A stretch of DNA of 64,000 bases from an uncultured Gammaproteobacteria bacterium (GCA_963797555.1 CAWCPV010000007.1:64001-128000); one strand, 5' to 3'. Counted from the stretch's first letter, positions 12,017 to 23,248 are shown. Program-made: numbers and translations. Notes: a model not told the origin generated them from the letters alone.

Positions 12017-13412
12017 GGCTGTCCCCACCGGACACGAGATACATAGCAGTGAGCAACGCCGTCAGAACCGCGACCTTCGAGGGCAGACGAAGATCAAGGT
12101 AGAACTGGCTGAGCGCGCGGTCTCGCATGGTCAACTGCCAGTGCAGCGTCGCCGCAATCGAGGTCCCTGCCAGGAACGCAACCAGCGGGTCAGTGCGCAG
12201 CGCCTGGCCCCAGCGCGCCAGTCCGCCAAGGATGCCGGCCATCTGCTCCAGGCTCCTGGATCGGAAGGGCACCCAAGTCAAGGTCACCACCAGAAAGGTC
12301 AGCAGGATACCGACGATGTTACCGCGAGATGCGGTATGGCCGCGATCGCCCCGCGCGGCATACGATCGCAGGGCGCGCTCGACGGCGAGATAGACGCCGT
12401 GCAGCATTCCCCATAGCACGAACAGCCAGGAAGCCCCATGCCACAGGCCGCCGATCAGCATCGTGGCGAGGAGATTGCGATACGCGGCGAGCTTCGTGCC
12501 GCGACTGCCGCCCAAGCTGATGTACAGGTAGTCGCGCAGCCAGGTCGACAACGAGATGTGCCAGCGGCGCCAGAAGTCCGAGAAGCCACTCGCGGCGTAA
12601 GGGTAGCGGAAGTTGTCGGGGAGCGCGAGCCCGAAGCAGAGAGCGATACCGATGGCGCAGAGGGAATAGCCGGCGAAGTCGTAGTAGATCTGCCCGGAAA
12701 AGGAGACCACTGCCAGCCAGGTGTCGGCAGCGCCATAGGCGCGAGGGTCCGCATAAACGAAATCCACGATGGGCGCGAACAGACTGTCGGCCATAACGAC
12801 CTTCATGAAGAGCCCCATCACCAGCAATGCCGCTCCGAGTCCCAGGCCCGGTACCGTGGGCATGCGGCGTTCATCCAGTTGCGGTAGAAAATGGCTGGCG
12901 CGGACGATCGGACCGGCAACGAGTTGCGGGAAGAAGGACACGAACAGCGCAAAGTCCCTGAAAGACCACGTCGGCTTGACCGCGCCCCGGTACACGTCGA
13001 TGGTGTACGACAGCGACTGGAAGGTGTAGAACGAGATCCCCACCGGTAAGACGATGTCGAGCTTGGGAGCCACGAACCGCAGGCCCACTCCCTGCAGGAG
13101 GGCAGCGAAGCTGTCGAGCATGAACTCGGCATACTTGAAATATGCCAACACGCCGATGTTCGTCGCGACGCTGGCGGCGAGCAGCACGCGGCGGCGACCC
13201 GCCGACGATGCGCTCGCGATGGCTCGTCCCAGCAACCAGTCGACGGTGGTCGAGAACAGCAGCAGCCCGACGAAGGGGGGATTCCAGGCCGCGTAGAAGA
13301 GGTAACTCGCGGTCGCAAGAATGTTCTTCCGTGCGTTCCATGAGCTCGTCAGCATGTATGCGGTCCAAACGACCGCAAGAAAGAGGATGAAGCTTAGCGA
13401 GTTGAAGACCAT
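11991..13412 (-). CDS. MBOAT O-acyltransferase (AlgI/DltB family)
   Basis: LPVGISFYTFQSLSY, FFPQLVAGPIVR, DFWRRWHISLSTWLRDYLYISLGG, GLWHGA, FIYFQF. Confidence 0.93.
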   Translation of the reverse strand: MVFNSLSFILFLAVVWTAYMLTSSWNARKNILATASYLFYAAWNPPFVGLLLFSTTVDWLLGRAIASASSAGRRRVLLAASVATNIGVLAYFKYAEFMLDSFAALLQGVGLRFVAPKLDIVLPVGISFYTFQSLSYTIDVYRGAVKPTWSFRDFALFVSFFPQLVAGPIVRASHFLPQLDERRMPTVPGLGLGAALLVMGLFMKVVMADSLFAPIVDFVYADPRAYGAADTWLAVVSFSGQIYYDFAGYSLCAIGIALCFGLALPDNFRYPYAASGFSDFWRRWHISLSTWLRDYLYISLGGSRGTKLAAYRNLLATMLIGGLWHGASWLFVLWGMLHGVYLAVERALRSYAARGDRGHTASRGNIVGILLTFLVVTLTWVPFRSRSLEQMAGILGGLARWGQALRTDPLVAFLAGTSIAATLHWQLTMRDRALSQFYLDLRLPSKVAVLTALLTAMYLVSGGDSRAFIYFQF

Positions 13413-14247
13413 GCCGAGCCGGCTGCGCGGAGCCTGTCCGCGGCCCACGAAAGCTGTCTCGATCGCGCCTTGTCGTGGCAGCGCACTGGTTTGCGCTCGC
13501 CGCCGCACACGCCCGGTCGATTACCCAGTTCGGGGCTCATTTCGCAGAGGCGGGCTGACGACTGCATCGCTCCAGCCAAGGCCGCACCGCTTGCACAATC
13601 GGGCTAGGCATTGGGACATGGGCTCCATACCGAAGAACAACCCGGCCTGGAACCGATCCAATGGGGAAGGGAGGGAAAACCGTCTATACAACAAAGACCG
13701 TCACGTTGCTGAAACGGCATGCCGCGGCGCCAGTATAGTGTTTCCGAATCCGTGCAGCAAGGCAGCAAGTTCGCAGCCAACGCAATGATTCTGTTGCGGA
13801 ATGGTGCCCGCCGAGCATCACCCGAATGCCCTGTGGCGCGCTTCCCGTCCCGGAATCGTCCAGGCCGGAGATGACCTCGTACGCGGCTGTTGCATTGTAA
13901 ACGCAATCTTTCGAGGAGGATCGCCCGGCGCGTGGCTGGTCTCCTCAGCCTGGGCAAGACCTACTTAAGAGACGATCGTCCTTTCGCATCGACCGTCCCT
14001 TTCGCACGGCCCTGGGGCTGGGCAATGTGCCCGGCAGCGTGTGACTGCGCCGGCCGCGCCATGCTACGGCGCCGCGATGGCGTGAGCAGCCCGACGATCG
14101 TTTCCTGGATCTGTCAAGAAACCGCCTCGGCGCCAGGGCCGATCTTCCATTACAATGCGTACTGCGCTGCTGGTAGGGTCGGGCTCATCCGGCCGGGGCG
14201 GAATAGACGCCGCCCGCCGGAGTCTTCTTGCACACTAGGTAATCGCG

Positions 14248-14739
14248 GTGTTCTACCTTGACCTGTTCAAGGCGCTGGCGGACCATGAAGTGCGTTACCT
14301 GCTGGTCGGCGGGGTCGCGATGAACTTGCTTGGGGTGCCGCGCATGACCATGGACGTGGACATCGTTGTCGCCCTGGACCAAGGCAATCTCGATGCATTC
14401 CTGGGAGCCGCCGACGAGTTGCAACTGCAGCCCGCGGTCCCTGTGCCCCTGACCGACCTTCTGGACCCGGCCCGGCGCCGCGCTTGGCGTACAGAGAAGC
14501 ACATGATGGCTTTCCCCCTGCGCGCGCCGGATGCGAGTGCGCCCACCGTCGACATCTTGATCGACCCGCCCTTGGACCTCGAGTCCGCGTTCGCCAGGGT
14601 GCAGCGCCGTCAAGTAGGGGATGTCATCGTGCGCGTCGCTGCGATAGAGGACATGATACAGATGAAGGTGAGGGCAGGGCGGGCACAGGATTTGGCCGAC
14701 ATCGAGCACCTGCGCCGCCTGCAGCAGACGAAGGGATGA
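14248..14739 (+). CDS. Nucleotidyltransferase-fold protein (putative TA component)
   Basis: YLLVGGVAMNLLGVPRMTMDVD ... K..AGRAQDLADIEHL. Confidence 0.8.
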   Translation: MFYLDLFKALADHEVRYLLVGGVAMNLLGVPRMTMDVDIVVALDQGNLDAFLGAADELQLQPAVPVPLTDLLDPARRRAWRTEKHMMAFPLRAPDASAPTVDILIDPPLDLESAFARVQRRQVGDVIVRVAAIEDMIQMKVRAGRAQDLADIEHLRRLQQTKG

Positions 14740-14984
14740 GCGGGCACCGGCGGACAAAACCGGCGACCCCTCAGGCGGCAGCGGACCCGCGGGGCGAGTC
14801 GCGTCCCCCGGGAGGGTTCTACTACTTGGTCAGCGATGAACAATTGCAGGCATTCTCGGCCTTGACCCCGCTGCAGCGCCTGCAGTGGCTGGACGCTGCC
14901 AGGCGGTTCACCCTCATGGCCCAGACGCCCGAGACGGCGGAGCGGCAGGGTCGGCTGCGACGAGGGCAGACGGTCGCCGGTTGA
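14736..14984 (+). CDS. Small hypothetical partner protein, 82 aa
   Basis: ATGA overlap with upstream gene; YLVSDEQLQAFSALTPLQRLQWL. Confidence 0.65.
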   Translation: MSGHRRTKPATPQAAADPRGESRPPGGFYYLVSDEQLQAFSALTPLQRLQWLDAARRFTLMAQTPETAERQGRLRRGQTVAG

Positions 14985-15003
14985 GGCGCGAGGCGCCTTA
15001 TCC

Positions 15004-15357
15004 TCACCAAAAGCACGCCGTGGCCCGCGGCGAATCCGGCCCCGCTTGCCGACGCCCGAGCCGCGCCAGGACTCGGCCCAGGGCGAGGCGCGCGTCAGTG
15101 TCCCACGGCCTTAGCTCCACTACTCGGCGGTACTGAGCGCACGCCTCTTCCAGCTTTTCTTGCCCTTCCAACGCGCGCCCAAGGTTGAAATGCGCGTCCG
15201 CGAAAGTGTCGTCCAAAGCGAGTGCCTCGCGGAGGCTAGCGGTGGACGGGCGTCTCCCGTCCCGCACCGCCCAAGTGATCCCCCAGTAGCGGTGCGACAG
15301 GAGGGCACCTGTGGCGAGAGTGGGACTCCCGCCGTGGTTGCGTGAGCGCTGTATCAT
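15004..15357 (-). pseudogene. TPR-repeat remnant
   Basis: ALALDDTFADAHFNLGRALEGQEKLEEACAQYRRVVELRPWDTDARLALG with no coherent N-terminus. Confidence 0.55.
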
Positions 15358-15397
15358 GTGAGTTGCAGATTCTGGTCAGGTGAGGTCGCCCACGCCA

Positions 15398-15725
15398 ATG
15401 ATAATACCGGCTAAGCGTGTGGCCGAGACCCTCGGCCTGAAGCAAGTCAGAGACCTCGCCGAACTGCGGGACGCGATTGCCCATGGTCCGCAAGTCAACG
15501 CGAAGGCACGTGGCCGCGCAGATCGCCCCTTCGAGGCGGGAGCAGCAAGCTCTTGCGCACGGCATTGTTCCGCGGGCGAGCGTGTGAGCCGGCGCGAGGA
15601 GCGGCTCACCCCTGCCCAGAGCGAATGCACCGAACCGCTCGCCCGCGTCTACGCCACTGCCTGTTACGTCTGGGCCGACGAGTCAGCCGCGCGCCGTTTC
15701 ATGGAGACCCCGCAGCCGATGCCGA
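15398..15725 (+). pseudogene. Degenerate Xre/MbcA/ParS-type antitoxin
   Basis: RVAETLGL...RLTPAQSE...LARVYATACYVWADESAARRFMETPQPM; no RES toxin recognisable downstream. Confidence 0.65.
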
Positions 15726-16433
15726 GATCCTCTGGAAGCTCTTCTATGGGCTTCCCGCTTGAGCGAAGCCTCACGGCCTTTTGCATCGCTGACGACCGCC
15801 AGCCGCCTCTGGACGGCCAGGGGGGGTTGCGGGTGGACAACGTCGATGCAAACGGGCTTCCGGCTGGAGCAGCACCGACCAGACGGCTTCCCGTTCCTTC
15901 GGCGACCAACGGCTGGACAATGCCTCTGCCGCCGCCCTTATAGTGCCTTGTGTGGTCGCACGGTACGAACGGAACGATATGCTCAACCCCAATCATCCGG
16001 ATTTTCCGTCAATCGCGCCGAGTGGTCCGGAGGCGGTCATCTGGGATCTGAGGCTGTTCCCGCGCGAGGCGTAGACAGTCCACATGGAAGCGCTTGCAGT
16101 GGGTGGACGCTGCCCGCCCGTTCACGCTACTGGCCCAGACCCCCGAGACGGCCGATCACGATGCCCGGGCCAGGTGCGGGCGGCCGATGGTCGAGTAGGC
16201 TTGGGTGGATGCGTTGCCTGTCAGAGCAGCTTGACCGTGAACGGGAACTCCCAGCCGGAGAGCGCGCATGTTCATGCCGCATGTGCCCCTGGCCGCTATC
16301 CTGTGGGACCTGGCTCAAAGGGCGTTATCCGGGAGATCGGCGTAAGCGCTCTTCATCCCCGTCGCCCGCTTGGAGGCGAAGGCGGGGCGGGTGAAAGTCT
16401 TGCGCCGCTGGCATCGGGTGCCAACTTCGGCCG

Positions 16434-17826
16434 ATGACAAATCTGCTGGGCAGGGACCAGAGGTCATACACGAGGTGCGCAAGTGCGGCGGGCGGTGGCT
16501 GGTTCTGGTGGATCTTTGCGGCGTTGACGGTTGTCGACATGCTCGCGCTCGCAGTCGGTCCGCGCGTCAGCGACGACGAGATTCGTTCGAAGGGGCTCTG
16601 GCTGACAAATGTCGAGTTACCGGGGCCGTTCGGTATCAGTGTAAACCGCGACAGTTGGTTATATCTGCGGGCCACCTTGGATCCAGGCCGCCTGCTGCAG
16701 CCGAAAGAGATCCTACAGTCGAGGCCGCTCGTGCCGATGGTTCTGTACGCGCCCAGCGTTGCTGCATCTGCCCTGGTACTTCGATCGCAGGAAGGCCGAC
16801 GGTCCGACCCGCTTTCCGGCTTCTGGGGCGCATATCTGGTATGGCTGCTATTCAACGTGTTGCTGGTTGCATCGAGTTGCTGCCCTGTGGTTGCGACAGG
16901 TGCCTGCGTGGTATGCGCTCGGTGCCACGAGCCTTACGACTGCAGATCCATTCGGCGCGTCAACGCCGACTACAAGGTCCGCACTCGTGTCCGCGTTTGC
17001 TCTGCTGATATTGTTCAACGAAGTCACCAAGGCATTTGTCCTCGCTGCCCACCTCCAGATGTTCAATATCCTCGTACCGATGCTCTGCCTCACGGCGGTC
17101 AGCGAGTTGTGGGGAGAGGCGTCCGCGCGACGATTGCTGATCTGGAGCAGCGGTTGTGGTGTGCTGTTGTTGGCGTATGGGTCGTTTGCAATCCTCGGTG
17201 CGTTGCTCCTCGTTATCGGGAGTAGGCACGCGCTGAAGCGCGCGTCTTCCTCGGGCTCGGACCCCATCGGATGGCCCTCGGTCATGATTGCCGCGGTGCT
17301 TGTGAGCTTGCCGCTGGCGCTTTGGATCGCGGTAATCCTCGTCCGCAACGGTGCGTTTTACAATCACGAGTTTGTCCGTTGGCGGCAGATCATTTGGGTG
17401 ATGGACACGATTCGGGAGCAGGGGTTGGTCGCGGCGGCAGTGAAGTGGCTTTCCAACCTCGGCTTCTTCGCATATTCCGCGGTGCGGCAGACCGAGCCCG
17501 TGTTGCTCATCCTGCTGGCGACTCTGCTCCTGGCATGGCCGGAGAGGCAGGGGCTTCCCGGGGTCCCGGCAGAGCTACGCCCGACATTTCTGCCGCTGGC
17601 ACTGATCCTCGCGACCCAAATGTCGTTCTTTGCCTGCGTCGGCTATCGCGTCGAGCGACTCGCTTTCTCCAGTTCTGTGGTTATGAGCTTCGCCTGTGCA
17701 CTGGCCTGCGTCAGGGTGTCGGCGTCGCTCCCCGCGCGTCGACGCAAGCTGCTTGCCGGTGTTGCCTGGCTAATTGCCTTGCTATGGGGCCTGGCCTGCG
17801 TGGTGAAGAATGGGCCATACTTCTGA
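16434..17826 (+). CDS. Polytopic membrane protein (possible GT-C), frameshifted around 16880-16980
   Basis: Overlapping hydrophobic ORFs 16434..17225 and 16759..17826; early periplasmic loop NRDSWLY and RPL motif. Confidence 0.55.
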
Positions 17827-18303
17827 GCGCCCAGCGCAGAGGGGGTGTTCGCCTTCGCTGCGTGCTTCGAGAACGAATCGTTGGCGTCATTCCTGCCCCT
17901 CCGAAAGTCCTCGGCTTGCGCTCTCTGGAGGAGAGCATCGGCAAGAGTTCCCGCCTGCCCTTCAGAAAGGGGGGAATCCAAATCGGAGCACCATGGGCCC
18001 GGGAGGGCTAATAGTCCATGTGGGCGTCCCGATCAGGCAGGCGCGGGGAGAGCGGCACATGGATGAGGTGGATCATCGTGTGAGCGAAGACGGTGGTGGC
18101 GCGGTCATGACCGCGGCGCGCGCCGCGGCTTTTGGCTCGGCCCCGGATAGGCCCTTCCTGCGCACGGCGACGCTGGTCCAAGAGTTGTTGCGAGGCCGGA
18201 GGCAGCGGCGCGCATCACCTCAGACCACCGCCGCAAGCGCCTTTCCCGGTGATGCTATGGGTGTCCGCCATTTACGACGTGTTACAGTATGGCCCGCCGC
18301 GGC

Positions 18304-19866
18304 ATGACTAGCGCGCGTGCCATAGCGGGAGGATCGCTGCGAGCGCTGGCTTTTCTCGTTCTCGCCGTGGCGTATTTGATCTGGGGCTGGAACTCCGTCC
18401 TGGGAGATTTCGGCGGCGACAACGCAGTTTATCTGTTGACGGCGCAGTATTTGTCGCCGTATGCGCCGGCCAGCGACTTAGCCGCGCAGTTCGCACGAAA
18501 TAGCGCATTCCCGCCGCTGTTCCCCTTGCTGCTGGCGCTGACGGGCGGCGCGGAGAGTTTGCTGACGGCTCACATCGTTACCGTGTCCTGCCTCCTGGTG
18601 GCGTTTCTGCTCTATTACCTGTGGGCAAGGGAGGAGACGTCGTCGCCGTGGGCCGCATTTGCCGTTACAGCTTGTTTTGCTTTGTTACCCGGAACATATT
18701 TGCATGCGTTGTCGGTATTAAGCGAAAACCTCTATTTGGCACTCTGTATCGCGGCATTGTTCGGTGCATCCCGTTGGGAAAAAAGCGGAAAGCCAGATTG
18801 GCTGGTATTGTCGGCGTTTGCCGTGAGCGCAGCCTGCCTGACGCGAGGGGCGGGGATCGCGTTGCTGGCTGCATTCGTGGCCTATCTTTGGTTGAAACGT
18901 ATCCCTCGGCGGATTGGCTTGAGCCTGATATCAGCCTTGCCGGCGCTGACTTGGAACATTATCCGCGGCCAGAATGGCGGCGGCTACTGGGGAGACCTGT
19001 TCGAGCGCTACAGCGGAGACATTTTCGGGGCGTTGCAGCACCAACTGGGCCTCGAAGTCCAAGCCTTGTGGTCAGGCTGGGTGCTCAATTTCTGGTACAA
19101 CGTTGTCGCGCCTGTGATAGCTGGGGGACTGCTGCTTGCGGCAGTGGCGGGTCTCGCGTCCCGACTGAAGTCACGCAAATTGGATTCCATCTATGTAGTG
19201 TTTTACGTGGCCATGATGTTGGTCTGGCCTTTTCCGTTGGAAGTCGAACGTCTCGCCTTCGTTGTCTTGCCAGTACTGTTAGGGCAGGCTGTTTTCCTGG
19301 CAGTGCGGATGCGATTCGATAGGTTCAAGGTATTACGAGGGGCTCTGCTGACGGCGGGTTTGGGCGCGCTCCTCCTCGTCATCTTGCCGGAACTCTTGCT
19401 GGCAGAGCGACGGTTCTCTGCGCCCTTGCCAGAAACGCTCGCCCCGTATAGGCGCATAGCAGAGTGGTACTTGCCCGATCCGCAGCAAGGGATGGAGGAC
19501 CTGCTGGGCTATGAGGCGTGGGAGAGAGGCTTTCGTGGACTCTCGCATGCGATTCCGCCGGAGGAATGTGTCTATGTGATAAAGCCTGCAGTGGTGAGTT
19601 ACCTTTCCGGCCGCGTGGCGCGGGTGCCCCCGCCAGCGGCGTTGAGCGATACGGAGTTCCACGCGGCATTGGGGATCGGCGGCTGCCGTTACTTCTACCT
19701 CTTGGCCGCGCGCAGTCCGAGCTATCCCCAGGTGTTCTACCCTCGGGACAGGCTGCAGGGGCGTTTTGAGGTGGTGGAAATCACCGCCCTCGACGACGGC
19801 ACCGGCGGGCAGAACGCCGTAGGCATGCTGGTGCGCCTCAAGGACCACCGACAGAAAGGATCGTAG
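18304..19866 (+). CDS. GT-C / ArnT-PMT-like membrane glycosyltransferase, paralog A (intact)
   Basis: GGDNAVYLLTAQYLSPY, FPPLFPLLLA, LSENLY, LTRGAG; many TM segments. Confidence 0.75.
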   Translation: MTSARAIAGGSLRALAFLVLAVAYLIWGWNSVLGDFGGDNAVYLLTAQYLSPYAPASDLAAQFARNSAFPPLFPLLLALTGGAESLLTAHIVTVSCLLVAFLLYYLWAREETSSPWAAFAVTACFALLPGTYLHALSVLSENLYLALCIAALFGASRWEKSGKPDWLVLSAFAVSAACLTRGAGIALLAAFVAYLWLKRIPRRIGLSLISALPALTWNIIRGQNGGGYWGDLFERYSGDIFGALQHQLGLEVQALWSGWVLNFWYNVVAPVIAGGLLLAAVAGLASRLKSRKLDSIYVVFYVAMMLVWPFPLEVERLAFVVLPVLLGQAVFLAVRMRFDRFKVLRGALLTAGLGALLLVILPELLLAERRFSAPLPETLAPYRRIAEWYLPDPQQGMEDLLGYEAWERGFRGLSHAIPPEECVYVIKPAVVSYLSGRVARVPPPAALSDTEFHAALGIGGCRYFYLLAARSPSYPQVFYPRDRLQGRFEVVEITALDDGTGGQNAVGMLVRLKDHRQKGS

Positions 19867-19962
19867 CCCAAATGGGGCATCGGTTCACCGACTTGAAATA
19901 TCCGTACGCTCCGCCCCGGGTCCTGCCGCACAGGCGATTCGGCGGATTCGCGCGTGCAGCGG

Positions 19963-20529
19963 TCAAAGCAGACCCGTGTCCTCGTAAAGGTCGTCCTAGG
20001 ACAGCGGCACGGACAGTTCCCTGCACCCGATCTGAACGATGTCTTCCCGCCCCAGGGCCTGCTCCTGCCAGGTCTCGCCTGTGCGCTGCAGCAGTCGTAC
20101 GTGCCTTTTTTCGCTGTCCACCAGCAGGTAATAGCGCAGGCTGGGAATGTCGCGGTAGTGCAGCCATTTCTCCCGCTGGTCCACGGCTGCCGTGCTGGGT
20201 GAAAGAACTTCCGCCACGAAGCAGGGGGCGGTCTTGTAGATGGGGTGGTCGTCGCTCGGGTCGCACACCAGCATGACGTCGGGATAGTAGTAGGCGCGAT
20301 GGGCGGCAACGCGCAGCTTCATATCGGCCATCAGAGCGCGGCAGGGGTGCCCGCGGGTGGCGGCGCGCAGGTGGAAAAAGATGTTGCCGGTGATGCGGTT
20401 GTGCGGCTCGCTGCCGCCGCTCATGGCGAACGCATCGCCGGCCACGTACTCGCTCTTGACGACAGCGGCGGCCTCGGCGGCGAGGTATTCCTCCTCGCTG
20501 AGCAGGGTGTGTTCGAAAGGTGTACCCAC
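19963..20529 (-). CDS. Uma2-family endonuclease, with in-frame TAG at 19996 just before the natural end
   Basis: EYVAG..AMSGGSEPHNRI, YYPDVM, AEVLSPST..DQREK..Y; reads LS*DDLYEDTGLL*. Confidence 0.88.
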
Positions 20530-20716
20530 TTTTCGTTCCTCCGACGACCCCAGGATAGGCAGAGACGCGGGGCGGCGCAAGCCGACGGGGAGTCGGTGGC
20601 AACGGGCACGTACCGCCTCGGCGCCGCAAAACGGACAGCCGGCGGTGAAGCGGGTTCTGGCCATATGCCCCGGTTCACGCTCGACTCGCGTGCGGACTGA
20701 GAGCACGCAGCACCGG

Positions 20717-20725
20717 TGCTATACT
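20717..20725 (+). promoter_or_regulatory. Extended -10 promoter of DUF1640 gene
   Basis: TGCTATACT about 19 nt before the ATG; the second DUF1640 has TGGTATACT at a similar place (36993-37001, minus). Confidence 0.5.
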
Positions 20726-20743
20726 GCACTCCAGATCGAGAGC

Positions 20744-21145
20744 ATGAACATGTCCGTCGCCGCATTCGACACGCTGAAATTCGCCAACCGCCTCAAGCAG
20801 GCGGGTGTCCCCGAAAGGCAGGCGGAGGCCGAGGCTGAGGCGCTGGCCGAAGTCCTGGAGGTCAACCTCAAGGACCTCGCGACCAGGGATGACCTCTTGG
20901 CGGTCAAAGAAGACCTGTCGGCGGCCAAGGAAGAGCTGCGGCGCGATCTCGAGGGACTGGAGATTCGGCTGCAGGCCCGAATGGACAAGTTCGAGGCCAA
21001 GATCGCCGGCGAGTTCACACGGCTGAGCGGCGAGTTCACACGGCTGAGCGGCGAGGTGACGCTGCTCAAATGGATGCTGGGACTGGTACTGGGCGGTATC
21101 GTCGCGCTCATCCTCAAGGCTTTCTTTCCGCTAGGCGGGGCATGA
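20744..21145 (+). CDS. DUF1640/CCDC90-family coiled-coil membrane-anchored protein
   Basis: FDTLKFANRLKQAGVPERQAEAEAEAL..LATRDDL..LLKWMLGLVLGG. Confidence 0.88.
   Translation: MNMSVAAFDTLKFANRLKQAGVPERQAEAEAEALAEVLEVNLKDLATRDDLLAVKEDLSAAKEELRRDLEGLEIRLQARMDKFEAKIAGEFTRLSGEFTRLSGEVTLLKWMLGLVLGGIVALILKAFFPLGGA
21008..21055 (+). repeat. 21-bp in-frame tandem repeat (2 copies plus 6 bp)
   Basis: GGCGAGTTCACACGGCTGAGC x2 + GGCGAG, encoding the GEFTRLS heptad. Confidence 0.95.
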
Positions 21146-21460
21146 CGCTGGACGTGCATTAGCTTGCTGACTAAGGCGGCGGTGAGGCCGGTTCACTGTG
21201 CAATCCAGTTCCCTGCGTGGACTGGTCGAAGACGCTGACACGGACCCGGTAGCAAGCTCCGTTTCGGCATTGGGAAATAGCCACCAGGTTCCACCGTTTC
21301 CAGCAAGTGCCCTCAAACGCGTCATGCGCGCAAGGCTGAGCACCGGCTTGATCGCGACACCGCTGCGCGACAAGGGGATGGCGTCAATCCGCCTGTCGGG
21401 CGCTGACACCGGGAAGGCGATGGCGGCGTGCCGCGGAAGCTCCGCTCGACCACGAAATGA

Positions 21461-23050
21461 ATGAATGTGAAACCTGAGACCGTTTCTGCATCGCTGCGCG
21501 TGGGGGGCGTTTCTGGTTCTCGCCGTGGCGTATTTGATCTGGGGCTGGAGTTCCGTCCTGGGAGATTTCGGCGGGGACGGTGCCGTCTATTTGCTGACCG
21601 CGCAGTATTTCTCGCCGTACTCGTCCCACACCGACGTGGCCGCACAGTTCGCACGAAGTAGCCAATTTCCGCCGCTGTTCCCATTACTGCTGGCGCTGGC
21701 GGGTGGGGCGGAGAGTCTGCTGACGGCCCATGTGGTTACCGTGTCCTGTCTGCTGGTAGCGTTTCTGCTCTATTACCGATGGGTAAGAGAGGAGACCTCC
21801 TCGCCGTGGACCGCATTTGCCGTTACCGCTTGGTTTGCGTTGTTACCCGGAACCTATTTGCAGGCGCTGTCGGTACTGAGCGAGAACCTCTATTTGGGAC
21901 TGTGCATGGCGGCGTTTCTCGGCGCGTCGTGTTGGGAGGAAAGTGGACATTCACGTTGGCTCCTGTTGTCCGCCTTTGCCGTCGGCGCCGCCTGCCTGAC
22001 GCGGGGGGGGGTGGTATCGCGTTGCTGGCTGCGTTCGTGGCCTATCTCTAGTGGAAGCATGCTCGACAGTGGGTTGCCTTGAGCCTGATGTCTGCCTTTC
22101 CGGTGCTGACTTGGACCGTTCTACGCGGCCAGAATGGCGGCAGCTACTGGGCTGTTCTATTCGATCGCTACGGCGGGGACATTTTTTCGGTTTTGAAGCA
22201 GCAGCTGGACCCCGAAATCCATGCCTTGTGGTTAGGCTGGGTGGAAACTTTCGGGCACAGCGTCGTGGCGCCCGGGGTGGCTGGCGCGCTGCTACTTGCA
22301 GCGATGGCCGGTGTCGCGTCCCGATTGATTTCCCGCAAATTCGATTCGATCTATTTAGTATTTTATCTCGCTATGATTTCGGTCTGGCCTTTTCCGGCGG
22401 AAGGCACACGTTTCGTTTTTGTTATTGTGCCGATATTGCTAGCACAGGCTGTTTTGGTGGCGGTGCGGATACGGTTCGGTAGGTTCAAAGTATTACAATG
22501 GACTCTGCTGATGGCAGGTTTTGGGGCACCGTTCCTCGTCGTCTTGCCAGAACTTTTGCTCACAGAGCAACGATTTTTTGAGCCGTTGTCAGAAAAACTC
22601 GCGGCGTATAAGCGTGTGCCATGGTGGTACTTACCCGATTCGCGGGAAGGGGTGGAGGGACTGCTCCTCAGCGAGGCATGGGAGAGAGGCTTCCGTGGAC
22701 TGTCCCGCACTATCCCGACGCAGGACTGTGTCTATGTGATAAAACCTTCAGTGGCGCGTTACCTCTCCGGGCGCGTGGCGCGACCGCCACCGCGAGCGGC
22801 GTTGACGAATAAGGAGTTCGATGCGGCATTGGGCGTTAGCGGCTGCCGTTATTTCTATCTCATCGCCGCGCGGAGTCCGACCTATCCCGAGGCCATGTAT
22901 TTATTGGCCAGGCTACAAGGTCGGCTGGAGTTGTTGGAGACCACGACACTTGATGACGGCACGGGCACGCAGGGTGTGGGAGGTATGCTGGCACGCCTCA
23001 GAGACGGCCCGCAGAAGGGATCCCAGTCCAATGGGCCGCCGGCGCGGTGA
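21461..23050 (+). pseudogene. GT-C paralog B, duplicate of 18304..19866, disrupted
   Basis: Colinear DNA similarity to paralog A; extra G at about 21505, G9 run at 22003-22011, TGG->TAG at about 22049. Confidence 0.8.
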
Positions 23051-23248
23051 GCGGCGATCGTCTTTTGGGGCGGCAATGCCAGGGAAGGTATTCCCTGTGG
23101 GAACTGCACCCTGACACCCGCGGCGAATACCACCCCGCTTCTATGCGGTGCTGATGTCTCTGATGAGCCCGGTGGCGCAGCAGATCACGGCGCTGAATTA
23201 CAAGGTCCGTGAGCGTCGGCGGTGGCCGACCATGCAGCGGTGTCTTGA

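Noticed and set aside
19863-19890. GTAGCCCAAATGGGGC as a REP
   Set aside because: It is the homologue of paralog B's coding 3' end (CAGTCCAATGGGCC), not an independent repeat.
19963-19998. Stop-codon readthrough (pyrrolysine) in Uma2
   Set aside because: Single TAG near the C-terminus with no pyl genes in view; a point mutation or base-call error is simpler.
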